From positions 143 to 64,142 of the forward strand of contig JACQFS010000170.1 of NCBI GenBank assembly GCA_016199935.1: DNA of 64,000 bases, read 5' to 3'. Positions 56,639-64,000 of the stretch are shown here, one piece after another (within the stretch, counting starts at the first letter, position 1; every line of letters starts with the position of its first letter). The notes under the pieces were generated by a model. It was not told where the DNA came from and did not search any database. It saw only the letters and a program-made list of their open reading frames with translations. The position numbers and the translations under genes are program-made. The stretch comes from Verrucomicrobiota bacterium (GTDB lineage Bacteria > Verrucomicrobiota > Verrucomicrobiia > Limisphaerales > JACQFS01).

Positions 56639-58708
56639 ATGCACTGGTGGCACCTGCAAAAACTGAAGTTCAAAGACGCCAAGGCCCGCCTTGAGGCGTT
56701 GAAGAAACTTTCCAGCCAGGAGGATCCGGACAATTTGGAAATCATCCTCAGTCTCTTCATCGACGAGGACACGGAGATCCGCAAAATCGCCGCGCTGGAG
56801 GCCGGCAAGTTCCGCAACGAACAGGCCACCCGCCCGTTGCTCAAACTGCTCAGTGACCGCGAGCCGGCCGTGCGCGAGGCGGCCATCAGTTCACTGCGCC
56901 GCATCGCCGACCCGCTGGTGGTGGATGCGCTGGAGCCGATGCTCAAGGACCCGGACAGCGCCGTGCGTTATCGCGCCGCGTCCGCGATGGAGTCGCTCAA
57001 CTGGACGCCCAAGTCGCCGGAGCTTTCCGCCTACCACGCCGTCGCGCTGGGCAAGCCCGAGCGCGCCGCCTATCACGGCAGCGCCGCGGTGGAGGCGCTC
57101 GTCTTCGCGCTCCAGTCCAGCGTCGGCTACAAGCGCCAGGAGATCATCGACGTCCTGAGCAAGATTGAAGACCCGCGCGTGGTCAAGCCGCTCATCGCCG
57201 TGCTGCGCGACAACGACTCGAACGTCCGCGCCAACGCCGTCGAGGCGCTCGGCCGCGTGGGCGATGCGCGCGCGACCGAGCCGCTCATCGCCTCGCTCAA
57301 GGACAAGGACAACCGCGTGCGCGCCGCCGCCATCGAGGCGCTCGCGCGCATCGGCGACGCGAAGTCGGTCCCGCCGCTGGCGAAGCTGCTGAAGGATTCC
57401 GCGTGGGAGGTGCGCATTGCGGCCGTGCAAAGCCTCGGCAAGTTCAAGGACGCCTCGGTCATTGATCCGCTCGTGGGTTGCCTCAAGGACAAGGACCGCG
57501 ACACGCGGCAGGCGGCGTGCCTTTCGCTCGGCATGATCGGCCACCCGCGCGCGATCCCGGCGCTGGTCATTTCCATGGCCGACGAGCAGGAGTCCGTCCG
57601 CAACGCCGCCGCGATGGCGTTGCGCATGATTGATCCGGAGTGGGAAAGTTCGGACCTGGTCAAGATCGCCATCCCCGGGCTGCGCGAGGCGGCGAGGTCG
57701 AGCGTCTATTGGGTGCGCCAATCCGCGCTGGCCGTGCTGGCGCGGCTCGGCGAGACGGAGGGACTGTCAGGCAAACAGGATGCGCCGGACATTTCCGACC
57801 CCGCTCAGGTGCGGCGGATGTTCGCCTTCGACGTGCTCACCGCGGTGTTGAAGGAAACGGACCGCGATCTGCGCCAGGCCGGCGCGGAGGCGCTGGGCCG
57901 CTTCGGCGACCGCCGCGCCACGAAAGGGCTCGCGACCGCGCTCGACGACAATGATGAATGGGTCCGCGTCGCCGCCGCCAATTCGCTCCAGTCACTCCAG
58001 TGGGAACCGGCGGACACCGAGCAGCAGGCCAAACACATCGTCGTGCTCCACCACTGGGACGAGGCGGTGCAGTTGAAGGCGGCGGCCGTGGACCCGCTCA
58101 TCCGCGCGCTCAAATCCGCGGCCCACGCGGATCGCTCCGCCGCCGCCACGGCCCTGGCCCGGATCGGCGACAGTCGCGCGAAAGTTCCGCTGCAGCCGTT
58201 GCTGCGCGATCCGCACCCGAGCGTCCGGCTGGCCGCCGCCAAGGCGCTCAAAACCCTGCGCTGGGTCAGCCCCGATCCGCTGCTGCGCGCCATCTGGCAC
58301 GTCGAACTCGGCGAATGGGAGCAGGTGCTCCCGCTCGGGCCCGCGGCCGTCGAACCGCTCGCCAACGCCGCCGCCAACCCGCAGGAGAATGCGCAGAACG
58401 CCGAGATCGCGCTGGCGCTGCTCGCGCGCGTGGACAACCCCGCCGCCGTCGGGAAGCTGCTCGTGCAGGTTTACAACGAACGGCTGGCCGCCGCGATCGT
58501 GCCCGCCCTCGAACTCATTCTCACCAATCGCGCCGCGGACGTGTCCGACGACAACCTCCGCGCCGTCCTGACCATGATCAATCCGCACGTGACACCGGGC
58601 TCGCTCAGCGACGAGCCCGTGGCGCCCCAGGAACTCGACTGCGATCCCCTGCGCCAGCTCGCGTTGATTGAACTCAACCGACGCGAAGATGAGGTCCGGG
58701 CGGAGTGA
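56639..58708 (+). CDS. HEAT-repeat (PBS lyase-like) protein
   Basis: Many L.D.D..VR..A..ALG.IGD.RA..PL repeats. Confidence 0.92.
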   Translation: MHWWHLQKLKFKDAKARLEALKKLSSQEDPDNLEIILSLFIDEDTEIRKIAALEAGKFRNEQATRPLLKLLSDREPAVREAAISSLRRIADPLVVDALEPMLKDPDSAVRYRAASAMESLNWTPKSPELSAYHAVALGKPERAAYHGSAAVEALVFALQSSVGYKRQEIIDVLSKIEDPRVVKPLIAVLRDNDSNVRANAVEALGRVGDARATEPLIASLKDKDNRVRAAAIEALARIGDAKSVPPLAKLLKDSAWEVRIAAVQSLGKFKDASVIDPLVGCLKDKDRDTRQAACLSLGMIGHPRAIPALVISMADEQESVRNAAAMALRMIDPEWESSDLVKIAIPGLREAARSSVYWVRQSALAVLARLGETEGLSGKQDAPDISDPAQVRRMFAFDVLTAVLKETDRDLRQAGAEALGRFGDRRATKGLATALDDNDEWVRVAAANSLQSLQWEPADTEQQAKHIVVLHHWDEAVQLKAAAVDPLIRALKSAAHADRSAAATALARIGDSRAKVPLQPLLRDPHPSVRLAAAKALKTLRWVSPDPLLRAIWHVELGEWEQVLPLGPAAVEPLANAAANPQENAQNAEIALALLARVDNPAAVGKLLVQVYNERLAAAIVPALELILTNRAADVSDDNLRAVLTMINPHVTPGSLSDEPVAPQELDCDPLRQLALIELNRREDEVRAE

Positions 58709-58840
58709 GGGGAAAGCCCGCATCCACTTCACATTTGATTTGCTTCGCCGGAGCGCTTCCCTGAAATAATCCGCACAAGCAACCGCGGATGAACGTGGGC
58801 AGCAAACTCAGGCTCCTCCACCGTCATCCGCGCAAGCCGA

Positions 58841-59932
58841 ATGAGCAACGACGCCGCCAAACGCAACCGCATCCTCTTCGTGGACGACGACGAGGCCTTC
58901 CTCTCCACGGTGCGCGACCTGTTCGACGCGTTCAGCAACGGCGACTGGGAGGTGCATGGCGCGCTCAGCGGAGCCAAGGCGATGGCCCTGCTCCAGGAAT
59001 CACCCGTGGACCTCGTCGTCACCGATCTCCAGATGCCGGTGATGGACGGCGTGCAACTCATCCAGTTCCTCAAGAAAAATTATCCCGCCATCCCCAAGGC
59101 CGTGCTCAGCAGCCGCACCGACCCGAGCGCGCGCGACTCGTGCATGCAGGCCGGCGCGGATCTCTTTTTCATCAAGCCCACGGACATCAACGTGTGGGAC
59201 GAAATCTTCGCGAGCCTCCGGCAGCTCGTCTCCGTGCAGCCCAAGGAGGGCTTCCGCGGCGTCATGCGCCGCATCGGCCTCCAGGAAGTCATCCAGCTCG
59301 AATGCCTCGGCACGAAATCCTCCGTGCTCGAGGTCAAGGCCGGCGACATCGTCGGCGAAATTTTCATCCGCGACGGCCGCATCATCCACGCGCGCGTCGG
59401 CGACCGCGAGGGCCTCGAGGCGTTCAACCGGATCATGGCCTTCAACAGCGGCGAGTTCGGCCTGAAGGCCTTCGCCGAGCCGCCGGTCGAGACGATTTCC
59501 GGCTCGTGGGAAATGCTGCTGATGGAGGCCGCGCGCGTGCGCGACGAGGCCGCCCAACCCTCGGCCACCGGCGAACCGCCCACCGCGGCGGAAGTCGCCG
59601 TGACCGCCCAGGCCAGGGCCGCCGCGAGCGACGCCGCCGAAGCCGTGCTCGCCGGCGAGCAGGGGCCGCAGGTCGAGGAAATCCTCATTTGCACCACCAA
59701 GGGCGACGTCGTTTACGAGTGGCAGTCGCCGCAGGCCGACGCCCGCATGGAGATCATCTCGTTCATCAAGAAGTGGACGCAGCAGTTGAACCGCAAACTG
59801 CCGCTGGGCCGCCTGCGCGACACCGAGTTTGTCAACCAGGGCGACCGGCTCGTGTTCAAGCTCGCCGACGATTGGACCATGCTGGTCCGGACCCGGCGGG
59901 TCGCGACGCCCTCCGGTCGCCAGGCATCATGA
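58841..59932 (+). CDS. Response regulator with DUF4388 domain
   Basis: ILFVDDD, TDLQMPVMDG, KP; GFRGVMRRIGLQEVIQLECL..GEIFIRDGRIIHA. Confidence 0.9.
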   Translation: MSNDAAKRNRILFVDDDEAFLSTVRDLFDAFSNGDWEVHGALSGAKAMALLQESPVDLVVTDLQMPVMDGVQLIQFLKKNYPAIPKAVLSSRTDPSARDSCMQAGADLFFIKPTDINVWDEIFASLRQLVSVQPKEGFRGVMRRIGLQEVIQLECLGTKSSVLEVKAGDIVGEIFIRDGRIIHARVGDREGLEAFNRIMAFNSGEFGLKAFAEPPVETISGSWEMLLMEAARVRDEAAQPSATGEPPTAAEVAVTAQARAAASDAAEAVLAGEQGPQVEEILICTTKGDVVYEWQSPQADARMEIISFIKKWTQQLNRKLPLGRLRDTEFVNQGDRLVFKLADDWTMLVRTRRVATPSGRQAS

Positions 59933-60276
59933 AGGAAACCTTCAATCTCTGGCTCGAGGACAACACGCAGTTGTCCGTCATCCTCGCGTGCGCGCTGCGG
60001 CACCCTGATCGCGAGATCCACAGCCTGAGTTACGCGCCGGAATTTCCCCAACCCGCGTGCGAGGAGGCCTGGGCGTGCATGGCCGAGGCGCAGCGGTTGA
60101 TGGACAAACTCAAGATGCCCCGCGGCCGGTTCTGCTGGAGCTTCCAGTCGGCGCGATTTTATTTCGGCGCGCGCCGCGACGGCGTCTGCCTCGGCTTGAT
60201 CACGATGCCGAACCCGCCCGCCGAGCAGATTGAGAAAATCTTCGCCGACTTCCAGGCGATCCCCGCCGCCGCATGA
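59929..60276 (+). CDS. Hypothetical protein (possible roadblock/longin-like fold)
   Basis: ATGA overlaps on both sides; MKETFNLW...; fold is inference. Confidence 0.7.
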   Translation: MKETFNLWLEDNTQLSVILACALRHPDREIHSLSYAPEFPQPACEEAWACMAEAQRLMDKLKMPRGRFCWSFQSARFYFGARRDGVCLGLITMPNPPAEQIEKIFADFQAIPAAA

Positions 60277-60662
60277 GCGCCGATCCGCTGCCCAAGCTCG
60301 TCGAGGAACTCGGCATCCATTCCTACCGCCGCCACATTTTTCTCTGTGCGGATCAGACGGAGGCGAAATGCTGCGCGAAGGAAGCCGGCCTCGCCTCGTG
60401 GGAATTTCTCAAGCGCCGGCTCAAGGAACTCGGCCTCGCCGGGCCGAACCCGCTCATCTATCGCTCCAAGGCCAACTGCCTGCGCGTCTGCACGCGCGGT
60501 CCCGTGGCCGTCGTCTATCCCGAGGGCGTCTGGTATCACGGCTGCACGCCGGAAGTTCTGGAGCAGATCATCCAGTCGCACCTCATCAAGGGCAAACCCC
60601 TCGCGACGCACGCCTTCGCCGAGAACCCGTTCTTCGCCGGCATCGTGCGGCGGGGAAAATAG
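60273..60662 (+). CDS. Thioredoxin-like [2Fe-2S] ferredoxin
   Basis: [27 protein letters not shown]. Confidence 0.9.
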   Translation: MSADPLPKLVEELGIHSYRRHIFLCADQTEAKCCAKEAGLASWEFLKRRLKELGLAGPNPLIYRSKANCLRVCTRGPVAVVYPEGVWYHGCTPEVLEQIIQSHLIKGKPLATHAFAENPFFAGIVRRGK

Positions 60663-60678
60663 CTTCCGAGGAAATGTT

Positions 60679-61200
60679 TTATCGCCGCGCGGCAGTGATA
60701 AACTCGTTGACCTTGTCAATCAGCGCTTGGACCACGGGGTCTGAATGCGTGTCTGGGATAAGATCAACAGCGTTTGTATTGTTGCTTGTTCCATTCACGG
60801 CGTTGGCGAGGGCATCCGTCATCTGCTGATTCGTGACTTCGCCGGGCAGACCCTGCGTCCCGTCGTGCCCGCGCGGGATGCCGAAGGTGAAATGCACGTT
60901 GCCGTCGAAACTGACCGCCACGGTCGCGGGATCGTCGGGATTGAGAGTATTCACCCCGTCAACAAACGCGTTGGCAAATGGCGGCCCTTGCGTTCCAGGC
61001 GTGCCATCGTTGCCCGGATCACCCTTGTCGCCTTTGTCGCCGCCATCCCCTTTGTCTCCCTTGTCGCCTTTTTCGCCTGGGTCACCTTTGTCACCTTTTG
61101 GAATGGCGGTGAGGCCGTCGTTGAGCGCGTTCAGTTGGGCGCGCATTCCATCGCCATCCAGTGGATCGCCGTTCTGCGGATAATTCGGATTGAAGGGCAT
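60679..61200 (-). CDS. Collagen-like (Gly-X-Y) protein, copy 2
   Basis: GDK-rich triplets; shared MPF.P, RAQ.N.L, GEVT, GTS.NTNAV and terminal A.RR with 26381-26794. Confidence 0.87.
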   Translation of the reverse strand: MPFNPNYPQNGDPLDGDGMRAQLNALNDGLTAIPKGDKGDPGEKGDKGDKGDGGDKGDKGDPGNDGTPGTQGPPFANAFVDGVNTLNPDDPATVAVSFDGNVHFTFGIPRGHDGTQGLPGEVTNQQMTDALANAVNGTSNNTNAVDLIPDTHSDPVVQALIDKVNEFITAARR

Positions 61201-61240
61201 AATTTAGAGTGGTTGAAGTTGTGGTGGGCGGGTTTCAGAT

Positions 61241-61576
61241 CGGTTTGGACAGGTTTCCATCCGGTTCGAAAACATTTCTAATCGGTTTAAACACATTTCT
61301 TTTCTCGTCGGAAGGGTTTCCAAACGGTTTGGAAACCCTCCTTTTCGGTTTGGACACTTTTCCCACGGCTCGGAACACGTTTCCCATCGGTTTGGAAGGC
61401 TGCCTTTTTCATTTGGAAACCCTTTCCATCGGCTGGGAAGGCTGTCGGAAGCGTTTGGAAACTCTCCTTTTTCGTTTGGAAATCCTTCCAACCGGTTTGG
61501 ACGCCTGCTTTTTGACTTCGGAACGCTGTCCAAAGTGTTTGGGCAGGCGCCCAAACGGCCGGAAGACCCTTTTCAG
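61241..61576. repeat. Degenerate 21-bp tandem array C, about 16 units
   Basis: CGGTTTGGACAGGTTTCCATC, CGGTTTGGAAACCCTCCTTTT, TCATTTGGAAACCCTTTCCAT... at an exact 21-nt period. Confidence 0.9.
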
Positions 61577-62049
61577 GGGTTCGGCGGGGTGGGCGGAGTG
61601 TTGTCGCCCCCGTTGTTCGGGCCGCGACCGCGGAGGGACTTGCGGATGCGGGTGCCTTCCTTCGCTTCCACCGAGCGGGAGCCGAGCTTGCTGATGGCCG
61701 TGGTGAGCGCATCGCTACCGTCCATGTAGCCGCCGTCGCAGGCCGCGTTGACAGCGGTCGTCTTGTTGGCGAGGTCGGTCTTCAACTTCTCCTGATCGGA
61801 GTCGAGCTTGCTCAGGGCCGTGGCGGCAGCGCGGGCGGTCGCGATGTCGTCGGTGGGGTCATACTTCTTCGCCTGAAGCTGAACTTTATACTTGTCCAGA
61901 AAGTCGGCGACCTCGTTGAGGAAGCCGATACACTGCGTTACATTAACGGCAGCCATATGCTTTTTCCTTTCATTTTGTTGTTCCTGCCCACCCCATGTAA
62001 GCCCGCGCTGTCCCCAGCGCCGGGAAGGCTTCCATGTCAAGGTTGGCAT
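61573..62049 (-). CDS. Small helical-bundle protein with Trp-rich leader and Pro-rich tail
   Basis: MPTLTWKPSRRWGQRGLTWGG leader, amphipathic helices, TPPTPPNP end; alternative start 61956. Confidence 0.8.
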   Translation of the reverse strand: MPTLTWKPSRRWGQRGLTWGGQEQQNERKKHMAAVNVTQCIGFLNEVADFLDKYKVQLQAKKYDPTDDIATARAAATALSKLDSDQEKLKTDLANKTTAVNAACDGGYMDGSDALTTAISKLGSRSVEAKEGTRIRKSLRGRGPNNGGDNTPPTPPNP

Positions 62050-62062
62050 GGCTGCCAAGAAG

Positions 62063-62077
62063 GCATAACGCGTGCCA
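62063..62077 (-). promoter_or_regulatory. Probable sigma-54 promoter
   Basis: Minus strand TGGCAC-GCGTT-ATGC, 13 nt before ATG 62049. Confidence 0.55.
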
Positions 62078-62217
62078 ACTCAGAATTGAGAAATGGTTTC
62101 CAACCTGCTAGCGATGTCTATAGCGAAGGCAACCGTCCCTAACGGAAGTCTGAATAGCACCGCGTCATTCACCTTGGATGGAAGCCGGACTGATGTCGTC
62201 GCTCAGTCCAAAAACCT

Positions 62218-63297
62218 TCATTCTGGTCCGGATCGCTTGAGTTCAAGCGCTGGATCAAATTCGAGATTTCTAGAACCCCTGGGGTTAACATAGGCAAGTA
62301 TTCCAAAATGCGCGCGATCATTGGCTGTCACTAGCATCTTCACGTATCCAAATTTCCCGCTTTTGAGTCGAAAATAATAGCTCTGCTCCACTTGGTCAAA
62401 CCAGCGCGAGTCGTTTGCCGTCCTGATTATCTCCATTGCTGGTTTATATCCTTGCTCTGGGGCTTGGAAAGGAAATTCCTCGAGAGCTTCGACAAGTCCG
62501 CCACCAAGCACGCTGATTTTAACCTGCCAATCGTATTTGAGCCGGAAATCCAGCTTTCCGAGCGGAGCGATGAGTTCGACACGCATATCGCCCATTCCCA
62601 GCACCGTTTGTTTTCCCGTTTCCAATGATATTTCAATCGGGTTGCCATCTCGCGGCAACGGATATGTTAGCCATTTTCCGATCCCTGGCTGTTTCAAGAC
62701 AACGAGCGGCTCCGCTTTACCCTTCTTTCGAAGGCGAAAGATCACAGGCTGAGAGACGTCCGGGTGAAACGGCCCATCCGGGTCACCATAAGTAAATCCT
62801 CGTGGGTTGTCACGATACGGGTAGTAACCCTCCTTTGAGACACTCACTCCAAGATCATAGCCCTTAGCCCCGGAAAGTTGGAAAAACCCGTCTCCATTCG
62901 ATTTTGCAGCTTGCCGCGAAGTTCCATCCGCGGATAAGTCTGTCCAGATAAATACGACATCAGCCTCGGCGATTGGGTTTTCATTTTCATCCACTACTTT
63001 GCCGAAGAAATCAATCGGCGTGCGCCATCTTTCTGCCATCTGTTCAGGAGCCGCATCTCGCGCGGCTTTGCGCAAGGCCAGCCATTCTGGCACGGAATTA
63101 CTATTAAGAAGGTGCCTGGGCGTGCCCGACGATTGCGGAAATGTTGGAGGGCGAAGCGCAGGAGGGTTGCTTTGTAGGCAAACGCTAGAACTAATTCTGG
63201 GTTCTGGAACGTATCGTTTGGCACGTAAATCGACAAACCACCAAGCCGCACAAAACAAAACCAGCGCGCATCCAAATAAAATTGTTCTCCGTCTCAT
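62218..63297 (-). CDS. Exported protein with carboxypeptidase-regulatory-like beta domain
   Basis: N-terminal TM/signal; PIDFFGKVVDENENPIAEADV..DGFF..VSKEGYY; low GC. Confidence 0.75.
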   Translation of the reverse strand: MRRRTILFGCALVLFCAAWWFVDLRAKRYVPEPRISSSVCLQSNPPALRPPTFPQSSGTPRHLLNSNSVPEWLALRKAARDAAPEQMAERWRTPIDFFGKVVDENENPIAEADVVFIWTDLSADGTSRQAAKSNGDGFFQLSGAKGYDLGVSVSKEGYYPYRDNPRGFTYGDPDGPFHPDVSQPVIFRLRKKGKAEPLVVLKQPGIGKWLTYPLPRDGNPIEISLETGKQTVLGMGDMRVELIAPLGKLDFRLKYDWQVKISVLGGGLVEALEEFPFQAPEQGYKPAMEIIRTANDSRWFDQVEQSYYFRLKSGKFGYVKMLVTANDRAHFGILAYVNPRGSRNLEFDPALELKRSGPE

Positions 63298-63299
63298 AG

Positions 63300-64000
63300 C
63301 TAAAAGGGTGAGATTCCGAAGCTGCTAAGCACCTGCTGCCAGTATGGGCCAGCGCCCTGAATAGGATAAGCAAACTGAGCACTATGTTCCGTCCGTTCTC
63401 TGCCAAAATTGAATGGCGGCGCATTGAGGTTCACCGAAGCCTGTATCACTCCCGCCATGTTGTCCTGCGCCCCGACCGCTCGCGAGCGGCTTCGCGCAAC
63501 AAATGATTTGGCTATATGCAAGTCTGTAACAAAATTGGAAACTGTAACCAATGGTGTGCTCTGTAAATACCATGATTGCCGCGTGTTTGTATTAAAACCC
63601 CATGAATCGATTACACCTCCGTAAGTGTAATATTCTGGTTTGTAATTCTCTTGGTTGGCTTCCCAATTAGTTTCGAGAAATTCAGTGCAAAAACCCTTTG
63701 CTAACGCATAATCGTTTGTGTTGTAAAAGCTAATGATTCTTCCCGTCAAATTCGTAAAACACCCGTGATAACCGCCCTCTTGATATGTAAATGGGGTCTG
63801 TTGACCAGCCTCGGACTCTTTATTCAGAAATCGCTGCAAAAATGGTGCATTTGTTGAATAGCAGTGCGCAGGCGCTGCGGCTTGAGAAAGAATAAAGTCA
63901 TCAAACGGTGCACCTTGCCTGAGCGCCTCGCTTACAACAATGTTTCCTTGGCTGTGGCCGAGGATGTGAATTGAGTAATCTTTCAAGCGAGATGTCGTCC
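63300..64000 (-). CDS. C-terminal part of an alpha/beta hydrolase (runs off the window edge)
   Basis: HILGHSQGN nucleophile elbow, QAA, YNTNDYAL, terminal HSA; frame open to the window end; low GC. Confidence 0.8.
   Translation of the reverse strand, partial: TTSRLKDYSIHILGHSQGNIVVSEALRQGAPFDDFILSQAAAPAHCYSTNAPFLQRFLNKESEAGQQTPFTYQEGGYHGCFTNLTGRIISFYNTNDYALAKGFCTEFLETNWEANQENYKPEYYTYGGVIDSWGFNTNTRQSWYLQSTPLVTVSNFVTDLHIAKSFVARSRSRAVGAQDNMAGVIQASVNLNAPPFNFGRERTEHSAQFAYPIQGAGPYWQQVLSSFGISPF

Overview
High-GC bacterial chromosomal window, most consistent with a Verrucomicrobia (Pedosphaera/Limisphaerales-like) genome. This is an inference from the PQQ beta-propeller, the large secreted protease, and the style of the attC and REP elements. 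The backbone is housekeeping and signalling: xylonate-dehydratase family, hybrid kinase, tRNA-Gly, pilT/pilU, cysK, ispD, recJ, secDF-yajC, wza-wzc, a beta-CASP nuclease and DUF4388 regulators. Five accessory features interrupt it. (1) A 1.8-kb transposase-less element with 23-bp terminal inverted repeats and an 8-bp target duplication carries a Cas2/VapD-like + 2TM-GAF + small-protein operon; a 153-bp sibling MITE sits in the same target sequence 44 kb away. (2) An integron with a truncated integrase, an attI-like site and two cassettes, one a PemK toxin-antitoxin pair. (3) Two related modules each combine a small helical protein (with or without an FN3 domain) that has an aromatic-rich N-terminal leader, a degenerate 21-bp tandem array with internal dyads, and a conserved collagen-like protein; a third 21-bp array is an orphan. 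(4) An internally deleted rho. (5) A low-GC alpha/beta-hydrolase + partner pair at the right edge. The repeated module (3) and the cargo element (1) are the best candidates for undescribed systems. All family calls come from motif recognition, not database searches.
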